A DNA stretch of 64,000 bases from Eutreptiella sp. 'Long Island Sound 2002' (taxonomy: Eukaryota > Protista > Euglenida), in the NCBI GenBank assembly GCA_964036045.1, contig OZ038378.1, positions 10,416,001 to 10,480,000 of the forward strand, in the 5' to 3' direction. The translations under genes and the position numbers were made by a program. Shown here one piece after another: positions 22,321 to 32,779 of this stretch (its first letter is position 1; each line of letters starts with the position of its first letter). The notes beneath the pieces were generated by a model. The model did no database searches and was not told where the DNA came from. It saw only the letters and a list, made by a program, of their open reading frames with translations.

Positions 22321-24254
22321 TTTTTTTTGGCTGACTCCAGAAGTTCAAAGAGTACTCAAGACTGTGCTTGGCAAAGTGGGCGTCTCCAGCATATGATACA
22401 GTGGATCCCCGCAACGCGGGGCACATGGCAAAGACCCAGGGTTCACATGCGTATACCAGAGGGCTCTCTGATGCGGTAGGCGAACCGCCACGCCATATGG
22501 CAAGCCTATAATGCGTAAGTTTTAAGGAGGTTAAGACATGCTGGATCACGTGTGTGCCATTCCCCACAGGTCCTCAAGAGAGACAAGCTTTCGTCGCTTT
22601 GCAGGGTCCATGACCGGTGGCGGGCGTTGGCCCAGGATGCCGGGCCTTTTGCGGCACTGACGTTTAGGCAGAGGCGACTCCACCCGGTGGGCGGCGCGCT
22701 CAGATGCCCACAATTGGCTCATCACCGAAAAGAGCTGAATCCTTCGGTTATGCCGCTGGTAGTGCTGGTCTGCGGAGGTGGTCCACACTCTAGCACGTCG
22801 CAGAAGGGTGTGCCAGTGCCGTGATTGCCGCACCAGATCATCTAGCACGTCGCGGTATGAATCCATCAGTGAGGCCCCGAGAAAGGCACGCTGATGCAGA
22901 AACCAAGGTTGAGCCAGATACTGCATTGCCGAAGCTACCTGTTGTGCCTCTGGGTCAGCGGCAATGGGACAGAGGCACTAGTCGAGATATTTCACCGCCC
23001 ATGACCTGGTATGGTACGACTGGGGCCGGTCCCATGTGCGCACCGCTCTACGGTGGGACGTCTCTTGAGAGACGCAGCCATCCCGCCGCGATGTTCTCTC
23101 CCGGGGCCCTGTGTACCCTACTTGATTGCGGAGGCCAGAGTCCGTGGGGTTTGGTCGTACAGCTCTTGGGCGCAGCTTTGTGTACCATGCCGGCACCGCT
23201 GTGGATAGCGTGGGCGACACCTGTGGGTCGCGGGGGGGCATGGTGAGTTGGCCGCGCAGTTGGCACACGCCATGTAGGGCGTGCTACTGGTGCCAGGCCA
23301 CACGCTCCCTGAGGTCTACCCGCATTGTTCGGGGGATGTGGTCCCATAGGGACTGTGGTATGCGAAGGCACGAAACATGGTGTAGGTCCGCCGCCGACAC
23401 CCTGTTCCACCATTCCGTGACCGTATCTTGCCATGGTCCCCAGGTGCTAAGCCACATGTTGCGAAATGCGACCTTCCAACGCATGCAGTGGATGAGGCGC
23501 TTGTGGACAGTGGTACCGTGATGGAGGGGACATATGGGGCACTTGGGGGTGGTATGGTCCCACGGCGCGCCCGTCCCATCCCATCGTACCTGGCCCCAGA
23601 GCCATTTAACCCACAGCATACGTCGGTCCCCGCGCATCGGCAGCCAAGATACCCAGTGCGCACCATCGAAAGTGACAATTCGCCTCCGTTGGAGGATCCA
23701 TTTCCGCGCCGGAGTGGGGGCGGGCCCGCCGCACATTGCAATATCTTCGGGGCGCCGGGGGTCGTAATCCGGCACGGGTAGGCGCGTGGCCATCTTGGCG
23801 AGCAGGTCTACTTCCCCATTGCGCCGAATTCGTTCGCGTTCCTGCGCGTTACGGGCCTCCGTCTCAAGGCGGTGGCTGGGGATCCATTCCGCGGCGACGT
23901 GTTTGTGTTCCACCTGGTCGCACACTTTGTGCCACCTGGTCGCACACTTTGTGGCGGATGTCGGCGTCGGAACATTCGTGCGTGGGTCGGCGGTGTGCGC
24001 ATTTGGTGACGGCCATGTTGTCGATATATTGAGTGTCACCGTCAGATGCGATGGCTGCGCCAATGGCTGCTCCGTACATTTCAGCCCTGTAGGACTGCTG
24101 TGGGCCCGCCACCCGGGCAAGGATGCGAAGAGGCCCCTTTGTCACTGCTGCGCCCGCCGCCTGGTATTCCGAGCCCGCAATCTGAACTGTTTGAAGGCTG
24201 CCATCGGAGTACAGGGACGTTCCGGTTGGCGGTTGCTCGTTTGAGTAGCACGGA
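22321..24254 (-). mobile_element. 5'-truncated LINE (RNase H + Cys/His knuckle) with polyA and 18-bp TSD
   Basis: TSD gacacctggaaaatatct at 22303-22320 and 24255-24272; T-run to 22328. Motifs LYSDGS, QSYRAEMYG, YIDNMAV, WIPSH...NGEVDLLAK, CPICPLHHGTTVHKRLIHC. Confidence 0.92.
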
Positions 24255-24562
24255 GACACCTGGAAAATATCTCTCCAACGCTTGGGCATCAAAATGCTCC
24301 AATAGCAATTGGAAACATCAAATTTAAGCATATAAACCCTCTTGCGCTTCCGCAGCAACAAACAGTCACGCAATGTGTCCAGCTGGGGCAGCACAAATTT
24401 GGGGGGAGGGCGACAGTCTCAAGCATTTCGTTTCATGCAATTCATGATGAAGCTGCACTTTTCACTATTCTTCAGAATGATACGGGCCTTGCCCGATGCA
24501 CCCAGCGACCGTGGTACCCGACGCAAAGAACCCCCCTCCACCAGGCTCTCAAGCATCTCTGT
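24255..24562 (-). pseudogene. DIRS-type RT, 5' part (domains 1-3)
   Basis: KARIILKNSEKCSFIMNCMKRNA*DCRPPPKFVLPQL...YMLKFDVSNCYWSILMPKRWRDIFQVS. In frame with 22320-21210 once the LINE is removed. Confidence 0.9.
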
Positions 24563-25149
24563 CACTCCCACTCCTTTGCTGTCGCCAACCCCCCCGCCGT
24601 CTCTTTTACCCATTTTCGATATGTCTCCAACAAGTCGTCCGGCACTGCTCTGCCCCACAGCGACTCACTGAGCTATACTCTTCCACACTCTCCAATGCCT
24701 CTGCCCGCCAGGTCGGGGCTGACGTCCTCCTCTCCGTCCTCATTAGAAAAATAGCTCTCCTCATCTTCATCTTCCCATTCACCCCCCGGCATCGCGTCCA
24801 GAGCCTGCAGCACAGAGGTCAGAGCTCCCAAAGCCTGGGAGCCCGCCACCTCCATTACCCCCGATAACAAGACCAACAAAGCTTCCTCCCAGTCGTTCTC
24901 CAACGGCTTCGGGCTCGAAGCCACCAATTTTTTCAGTACCCCTCCAATTTCCAAATCACTAGTTTCCTGCATCTGCAATACCTTCTCCCTCATCAGTCGA
25001 ATCTTCCACTGCCTCCGGGTCAAACCTGAATGCTCCAGGTCCTGCCAAGTTCGCCCTTCTCCGCTTTCTCGCCACGTCAACGCTTCCCAGTATCGCGCCA
25101 TTCTCGGCCGAACCACGGCCGAGTTCACGGATTTCTCTTTGGTCCCACG

Positions 25150-25452
25150 TACCCCACCACTGAAGGGCTGACCACTCCCCAAACGCGACTTTGAGTGCCC
25201 CTCCTTCACGCACTGGGACTGGCTGTTGGCATCTACTCTCGAATTCCGAGGCGCGAGTGGACGTTGCATACGAGACCGCCACTGATGGCGTACACCACCC
25301 TCCCATGAGTTGCAAGAGGGGACCTCGAGCCCGAGCTGCCCATGCATGTGCTGCGCCTCCACGTCGGTGCCCATGCCAGCGCAACGACCTGTGGCCCGTT
25401 CTAGCGACCAACTCGACCCACTGGGCTTCCAATTCGCTCGGGGATGAGAAAT
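25150..25452 (-). pseudogene. Tyrosine recombinase, C-terminal catalytic part
   Basis: RWHGHRRGGAAHAW (HxxR) and LQLMGGWCTPSVAVSYA (W...catalytic Tyr). Confidence 0.9.
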
Positions 25453-25874
25453 TGTTTGCAAAGGCGGAGCACAAGAACACTGCACAGAACTTGGGGCTGC
25501 CCTGACCCTGCCCTCCAAGAGAGCCATGGCTGCCCGCATATAAAGCGGACGTAGTCCCAGCGCACAGCGGTCAACGGACGAGACTGACACTACACAAGTA
25601 CCTGGGAACGAAAAAGTCACCCCCTCAACATGTCAGACTGCCGCCACCTGAGACGGTGATCATGCTGGACCCAACCACACGCAACCATGGTACCCAATAA
25701 AGGGCGGGGTGCAGCATGCAACCCCCCCAAACAAAACGAGACACGGTTGGGGTCCGGTGGGCGGACGGCCGAGCCCAGAAGCGGTGCGGCCGCCGTGGGT
25801 GGGTGGGCGGGAAAAGACAGAAAAACTGCCTAAGAAAGGAAGCGCAAACAAAAGTTGAAACGAGGTTCAACTAG
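25453..25874 (+). mobile_element. Non-autonomous Helitron-like element, copy 1 (422 bp)
   Basis: Starts TGTTTGCAAAGGCGGAGCACAAGAACACTGCACAGAACTTGGG and ends ...GTTGAA-ACGAGG-TTCAAC-TAG (hairpin + CTAG). No TIRs. Confidence 0.7.
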
Positions 25875-27650
25875 TGTTTGCAAAGGCGGAGCACAAGAAC
25901 ACTGCACAGAACTTGGGTATTCATTCTCCGCCGCAACCCTCCCTGCCCCCCCCCCCCCCCAGCCCTACCCACGCACTGGTGCCATCAGGAACCCGCTGGG
26001 CATAGCGCCGCTGGGGAACCTGAAGGGTTGAAACTGAGTCCTAAAACCCCTCTGATTCCTAAACCCCCCCCCCAACCCATAAAACTCCCCATGGGCCTTA
26101 GGGCCGACACCGCAAGTCAAGACAGCCAAAGCGACGGGCGATACGGGCTGTATGCTCCCGGACCCACACACGGTGATGGCGACACAGCGGCAACAGCATC
26201 GGATCCGTCAGCGCCGAGTAGGGCTGCAGGTGGGCGCCCGGCTGCTCTGCAGCCAAACGGCCACGGCGCCGGGCGCAACTCGGCCAAGCCGAGGCTCACT
26301 CAGCAACTCAGCAACGAACCAAGATCCATAACACCGGCCTTAGGGCCAACACTGCAGGTAGCCAGATGGGGCTTTGGCTCAACAAAGTGCTTACGTTGGC
26401 GGTGATGGTGCCGCGACCGTCATTGCTGTTGGTCCCGTTGCTATCAACGCCAGTGCTCGAAGCATCCACGACTTTAGAGGGCGTGTGGATCGCGTCGCGC
26501 ATCGAGAGGGCGGCGGCGAGCAACATCTGCGCCAGTCCTTCAGCGCTGTCGCTGCCAGTGCCGCTGCTCATGTTCCCGCTGTTGCCAATGCCAGTGCTCG
26601 AAGTTCCACGCCTGCAGGTGATGTGGCAACATAAAGGCAACCACACCGCTGTTGCCACCGCCAGAACTGCTGGTGCCGCTGCTGCTGCCGCCAGCGTCAC
26701 CGCTGCTGGTCCGACTGCCGCCAATGCCAGAGTCTGATGGCTCAATACCTGCAGATGGTGATGGCGATACAGAGGGAAAACCACTGCTGCTGCCGCGGCT
26801 GCCAGAGCTGCTGGTGTTGCTGGTGCCAGTTTCACCGCTGCTGGTCCCGCTGCCGCCAACATCGGGTGTTGATGCTCCTACCACTGCACATGGTGACGGC
26901 GATAGAGAGGCAACACCACTGTTGCCGCCGCTGCTGCAGAGCTGCCACCGCGGGTGCTGGTGCTGCCAGTGTCACTGCCCCGGCGGCGGTGGTGAAGGAC
27001 CCGACCGAGCGCAGCGTCAAACCGTCGTGCGCAAGCGCCTCCAGCGCAGGGGCCCTCTGCAGCGACGCAAGCAGGCCGCACTGCACGCACTGCACCGCAG
27101 CGTCGAGCCCGTTGTTGAGCTCCTGCAGGTCCGTTGTCGAGAAGGCCTGGGCGTGCATGTCCACCTCCGTCTTGAAGGCCGCCGACGACTGCGCCACAAC
27201 CTCCGTCGTGCCGTTGGCCGTGAGCTGCAGGACTGCCACAATGTCTGCGACCAGCGTGGTGACCTCGGAGGAGCGGCTTGAGCCGCAGAACCATGTCCAC
27301 AGCGCACTCGACATTGTGCACGACCGCCGGCAGCAGCGCCGGGCCCCGCCCCGCGTTCGCCAGGGCCTTGACCTCGGCGATGGCGGGGGTCAGGCCCAAG
27401 AGCACCGCACTCTCGACGGTGGCCAGGCTGCGGTCAACCAGCCCCTTCTCAACCCCCTCGATCTGCTTTATGCGGTCCAAAAAGGAGCCGCAGCACCCGC
27501 TTGTCGCCTCAGCATGCTGACCCGCCGGCACCGGCCCTCGGGCCCATGGGGAGAGGGCAAAACACTACCCCCCCCCCCCCTACAAATTAAAGACAGAAAA
27601 ACTGCCTAGGAAAGGAAGCGCAAACAAAAGTTGAAACGAGGTTCAACTAG
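25875..27650 (+). mobile_element. Non-autonomous Helitron-like element, copy 2 (1776 bp), with gene-fragment cargo
   Basis: Same 43-bp 5' end and ~60-bp 3' end as copy 1, joined head-to-tail, with an unrelated interior. Confidence 0.7.
26350..27531 (-). pseudogene. Captured, frameshifted protein-coding fragment of unknown family
   Basis: Strongly G/C-ending codons in SFLDRIKQIEGVEKGLVDRSLATVESAVLLGLTPAIAEVKALAN..., EVTTLVADIVAVLQLTANGTTEVVAQSSAAFKTEVDMHAQAFSTTDLQELNNGLDAAVQ... and EGLAQMLLAAALSMRDAIHTP. Gly/Ser-rich repeats lie between them. Confidence 0.6.
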
Positions 27651-28280
27651 TGTATGCCACTGCACCATTTCCCCCTCTCCGGCGTCTCTCCTCGTCGAGG
27701 AAGCGGAGCCACTTGTCGGCCCACGGCCCCACGTCCTGCACTTGGATGCCTGGGCGGCTCTTTTGTCCGCGGAATACCAGCTGACCCAACCCGCTCCGGT
27801 GGGCCGTCCATGCCTCTCCAATGCGTAGCAGGTTGCATAGTGACAATGCTGCCAATGCAATGCATTCCATTTCCGGCCATGTGAACGTTCCCTTGCCGGC
27901 TGCCACCTTATACAGGATCCCTGACGGTGACCACTGTATCCGCCTGCTGTTCTTTTTCTGTCGAAGCTTCTCCAGGGACTTCGAAGAAAATCCAATCCGA
28001 TCCTCGTACCGGGGACTGAATGACTGCTGCTTTCTCCGCCATCCTGAGTCCAGATAGGACCTCCTTGACCGGCCCTTCGAAGTACCCATCCCTTGCAATC
28101 TCTAGCAATTGCCCCTCCAGGGCCTCCCTCGGGGATAACCGGCCATGGACGCGCGAGTACCTGAGGAACTGCCGCAGTGCTGCCACATACCCCAGTCTGG
28201 TGCCTGGCTCCAACCTCCCCCAGAGAACGGACGCATATGATGATCCGAATGGTTCTCCTTCTGCTGCCACGAATTCTTCA
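27651..28280 (-). pseudogene. Tyrosine recombinase, N-terminal and box I part
   Basis: LWGRLEPGTRLGYVAALRQFL..., frameshift near 27985, then IALAALSLCNLLRIGEAW (catalytic Arg) and LVFRGQKSRPG. Confidence 0.9.
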
Positions 28281-28449
28281 AGGCCATTTCGTAATCTCGC
28301 CGCCTCCGCATTTCGGACCTCGCCCCCCCCCCCCCCCCCTCCCCGAGCCTGCATGTCATCGGCAACCGAACTTCTGGGCCTGGAACGCCCAGAGCCTCTT
28401 CCCACAGTACCTGCATTCCTTACTCGGCGGTGCATAGCAGTCTTGCCAC

Positions 28450-29509
28450 TGGCCATTCCGCATTCTGAAGTGTTTCTTGCCGTTGATCCAACGAAACTCA
28501 AATTGGCTAGGCCTTGATCGGCGATCAGCACCACTGCTTGTCCTATGTTTCCCACCTCCACTACTGGAGTTGTGCGTAATCGAACTATCATTAGAGCTGG
28601 ATCATGACGACGAATCCGACGTCGAAGAGCTATCAGAGCTCGAATCACTCCACCTCCCAGACTGGAAGATTTCTTTTTCTTGTTCTTGCGCGCCGTCTCA
28701 CTCTTCTTCTTGGCCCGCCGCCTCTCCTTCTTTTTGCGTTCTTTTTCCTTTGACCTCCGGACCTTTTCTTCATCTTTCAAGTGCTTTTTCCCCTTCTGGT
28801 CGCATTTCAGCAGCACCTCCCAAATTTTCACCTCCACTGGGCCAAATTCCGCTGCCCCATCATGTTCCTCCGCGAGTTCATTGATTAAGTTCACAAAGTG
28901 GCGAACATACTTGGGAGCCCCAAGCCTCTTGCGCAACATCTTCATGTTCCTTTTCGAGAGGACCTTCGCTTGATTCACCACCTCTGCCACCCCCTCCAGG
29001 TTCAGCTGGCCTCTCTCCGGGTTTGCCATATGCTGGTCGTCATCTGTTTGGGATGGCTCGGTCGAAAAGCTGTCCACTGGCGGCTTAGTACCACTCTTTC
29101 CAGACTGAGTCGCCGTCTGACCACCAGTGTGATGGTCCCTCCCAGCTCTGACCTTCTCAACGAAGCCATTCCTGTACTGCTGCAGCTGTACTTCCCATCC
29201 TGGCTCCAGCACAGAGCTTAAACCATCCTGGACAAACACCAGAGCCGGCGACGTCAAAATGTGACCAGACCACAGCTCATACGATGTCAGCAGGTTCCAT
29301 AACTTTTGGTGGTCTCCGATTTGCTCCGTGAATATTCGAGTCAGGGCTTCAGTCACTCTGCCAGCACCACCCTCCATGTTGGTCATTCGTTTCCACGTGG
29401 TGTTGGCTGCCCTCTCCAGGATGTTGGACCCCAGGTACTCCGACCACAAATCAAATCCCTGCTTAGCAAAATCAAGCAGGACTTCCAGCGCAAGAGTACC
29501 ATCACCCAT
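28450..29509 (-). CDS. Gag-like first ORF of the YR retrotransposon (open frame runs on into the YR N-terminus)
   Basis: ATG lies within repeat A1. Helical N-terminus and Lys/Glu-rich charged tract; no CCHC motif seen. Assignment is positional. Confidence 0.6.
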
Positions 29510-29649
29510 GGATGAAAATCAAAAATGCACTAAAACATGTATTGCACTATTGTACAGAGGAAACAGCACATCTCAGACAGGCAGTGCAAACCATGCAGAC
29601 AAATTACGTTAGTCGCTCAAAACCTCTGTTTTTAAAATAAAAACATCAC
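29499..29649 (-). repeat. Split direct repeat A1 (5' terminus of the element)
   Basis: Matches 20681-20851. Confidence 0.9.
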
Positions 29650-29817
29650 CACTCCGGCTCAACATTCTTCCACTTTTCCGTTTTTCATTTTTCATAGTAT
29701 TCCAGATCCGCACTTCTATCCTTGCGGAAGAGCCGGAAGAGCCCCCAAGCACACCCCTTGGAAACGCCCTTAGAATTAGGTGACGCAAACTGCCCCGGCT
29801 CAAGAAAGTTGCAAACT

Positions 29818-30011
29818 GGGGTACACAGTACCACTCTCGCTCCTTGAAGGGCGATCTTGGTCAACACCTTAGCAAGTTGGGAGAATGGGGAGTTAGCATA
29901 GCACAACCCCATCGATCTCCAGTAGAAGCGATAGGCGTTATTCAGGTATCGCGAACAGTAGAGCTGCATCATGTGCTACTCCTAACTCGCGAACAACTCC
30001 ACCTGAACTTC
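29818..30011 (-). pseudogene. DIRS1-type N6-adenine methyltransferase-like (MT) domain fragment inside a family-A-related element (~29735-30198)
   Basis: EVQVELFAS*E*HMMQLYCSRYLNNAYRFYWRSMGLCYANSPFSQLAKVLTKIALQGARVVLCTP fits the DLFAS...W...YA(N/F)PPF..I..VL.K....A..IL..P pattern. Confidence 0.75.
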
Positions 30012-30395
30012 ATTCAGGTCTACCAGCCCTGCATTCTCGGGGGTCCTCAACAAAGGGGGACAAAGTAAGAAGGCAAAACTTACGCTAGGGGTCACCATGA
30101 TGCCCTTAGGGGCCCCTAGTATCTCAAAGTATGGGTCTCTAATACGACTAGACGCCCAAATAGTTGCACTGCGCGCGCACTGCGCTTAAGGGTCCCCCAA
30201 TGAGACCCATGATTTAGGGGATCACGGGAGGGAAACGCCAAATTTCCCGTTCATTTCTTCATTTTGGATCTCAGAATGTTTCCATATTTGGGTGATCACT
30301 GCCCGCCCCTCCCCCCGCTATCAGTATCATGGAAAATGGGGCAGTCCCGACGTTTATGCGATTTGTGCTCACGCACGAGATGCAGACTGTCATCA

Positions 30396-31126
30396 GGGGG
30401 CGTCTTAAGAGCAATGCGCGCCCGTTGCAACTATTTGGTACTTTGGCCATAGTAGAAACCCATTCTTTGTGGTACTTTGGGCATCATTGTAGTTTGGTAG
30501 TAGGTTTTGATGCATTGGGGATATGGCATTTTTGGATGTTCACCCTGTTTCACCCATTTCTACCTTTTTGCACGTGTCTGTTACCCATTTCTAGCACACA
30601 TACTCTTTTTCTCGGTTGATTGATATGGTGATACACTTTCAGGGTGCGTGCTACAGGACATCATACTTCCTGCCTCATTTCTAAGGCCCACTTTCTCCAT
30701 GCATTTCTGCATTGGGGATAGGGTGTTCTATACCCGCTCGAATGGCCTGCGACCTCTACCACGGTGGTTGGGACGCCTGAAGACAACCTCCTCCACTTGG
30801 AATACTACCAAGATGGGTTGAGAGTGGTGAATCGGCAATGCAAGATGGAGTCGATCTCCTTTGTCATCCCAAGTTCAAATTCGCCACCTCACTGCCCTCC
30901 ATCTCCACCGCCCAACACACATTCAAGTTCCCACCCGAAGGCCCTTGGTCCTTCACCATGCCACAAGAACCGGGACGGTCCCCCTCAAGGTCGCCTCCAG
31001 CCCAGTTTGGGTCGCCTAATTTCGAGGGTGTTTCCAAGGGGCGTGCATGGGGGCTCTTCGGGAAAAACACATTCTAAAAGTAGCACACAGTGTGGCGCAA
31101 CGCGCGCGCAGTGCAAGGATTCCCCC
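30396..31126. mobile_element. Family-A MITE-like element, copy 2 (inverted relative to copies 1 and 3)
   Basis: GGGGG...CCCCC termini with TCA on both flanks (30393-30395, 31127-31129). Confidence 0.8.
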
Positions 31127-31657
31127 TCAATAGCAAGGGTATCCACTGGGTAGCCACGGCAGCAGTGGAGGTACTTGGCAGGATTAAACAGGCACTTTTG
31201 GACAAAGAGGAGTGACTAAGACAATTGCGAGAGGCCAATGGCTTTACCGGAGATAACTCAGAAATGTTGGAGGCAATCTCGGCGTATAAGGCGGCACATA
31301 TGCAAACAATCGATATCAGGTTTGGGGAGTTCAAGGTTGTTTTGGTTGTGGGAGGTCCACCGCGAAGATCAAGATTTAATTAGGGAAATGTCAAATTTTG
31401 TCGCTGTAGCTTTTGAGGTGTTCCTGTCAACTGTGGAGGCTTTGCTGCTGGCCAAAACAGCAGCAGATGTGGGCTTCAGGATGGCAAACATTGGGGTTGA
31501 GAAGTTCATTGTGAGGGAACATATCCCGACCGTGTCGGAGGACCTCGGGTTCAATGATCAAGATGTCTTACGAGACCTGGCGGCTGATGCGCTGTACACG
31601 GACAAAATCATGAAATTTAAGGGAATTGGGTCCAGAGCAAGCGTAACATTCATGCGC

Positions 31658-32033
31658 AACTTCGGCGAGTCCGTTTAGTTCAAGGCTAGTGCTCGGCTCT
31701 TCTCTGAGGGTGGTCTGTACTATCGGCGGCGACCATTTGGTGCACGTCCTGTCCATCGTTGCCATCCCGGCCTACAAGGTTGTGCTGATGGGTGCCGTTG
31801 AGGCTTACCGTGTGAACAGGGGTGCTCTGAGTGAGGATTTGAATTTGCTGCACCCGAGGGAAGCATTTGATCCTCTGGGATTGGCTGACGACCCGGACAC
31901 GTCCGTCGAGTTGAAGGTGAAGGAGATCGGGAACGGCCGCCTTGCTATGCTCTTGATGTTCCGCTACTACGTGCAGCCCATCGTGACTGGCGAGGGCCCT
32001 GTCGAGAAATGACAATCCCACATTGCCGACCCG
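31658..32033 (+). pseudogene. Lhcb: Light-harvesting chlorophyll a/b-binding protein (LHCII/Lhcb-type) fragment, helices 2-3
   Basis: [21 protein letters not shown] / GGDHLVH...[13 protein letters not shown]...[33 protein letters not shown]...[22 protein letters not shown]. Two stops and one frameshift; no intron. Confidence 0.95.
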
Positions 32034-32077
32034 GATGATGCATTGGCAATGACCGATGCTCTTGCCGATGAGGCGAT

Positions 32078-32779
32078 GGGGGAATCCTTGCACGCGCGCG
32101 CACTGCGCGAACACATCCGCGAGCACTGTGCGCTGCTACGTTCCCCCCGAAGAGCCCCTAGGCACGCCCCTTGAAAACACCCTTGGAATTAGGCGACCCA
32201 AACTGGACTGGAGGCGACCTTGAGGGGACCTTCCCGGTTCTTGTGGCAGTGGTGAAGGACCAGGGGCCTTGGGGGGGAACTTGACTGTGTGTTGGGCAGC
32301 GGAGATGGAGAGCAGTCAAGTGGCCAGTCTCAACTTGGGATGGCAAAGGAGATGGACTCCATCTTGCATTGCCGATTCACCACTAAGTGGAGGAGTCCGT
32401 CTTCAGCCGTGCCAACAACCGTGGCAGAGGTCGCAAGCCATTGGAGCGGGTGTAGAACACCCTATCCCCCATACTGAGATCCATGGAGAAAGTGGGCCTC
32501 AAAAAAGAGGGGGAAAGTATGATGTGCTGTAGCAGGCACCCTGAAAGTGTATCACCATATCAATCAACCGAGAAAAAGAGTAGATGTGGTGGAAATGGGC
32601 AAAAAATGTGTGCAAAAAAGTAGAAATGGGTGAAACAGGGTGAACATCCAAAAATGCCAATGCATCCCCAATGCATCAAAACCTACTACCAAACTACACT
32701 GATGCCCAAAGTACCAAAAAGTATGGGTTTCGAGTACGGCCAGACGCCCAAATAGTTGCAGTGCGCTTAAGGCGCCCCC
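32078..32779. mobile_element. Family-A MITE-like element, copy 3
   Basis: Homologous along its length to 19458-20183; G5/C5 termini. Confidence 0.8.

Larger units (their letters stand above)
20511..29649 (-). mobile_element. Tyrosine-recombinase retrotransposon (DIRS order; gag-YR-RT/RH) with split direct repeats, carrying nested insertions
   Basis: A1 29499-29649, B1 20852-20946, A2 20681-20851, B2 20511-20605. Gag-like, YR, RT and RNase H motifs lie in that order on the minus strand. About 5.0 kb remains after removing the inserts. Confidence 0.9.

Noticed and set aside
26737-27609. 290-aa plus-strand ORF
   Set aside because: Antisense shadow of the GC3-biased minus-strand coding fragment.
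30396-32779. Firm call of a single Pack-MULE-type element with 700-bp TIRs
   Set aside because: Each arm has its own G5/C5 ends and the left arm has its own TCA duplication, so independent MITE insertions are at least as likely. Kept only as a hypothesis.
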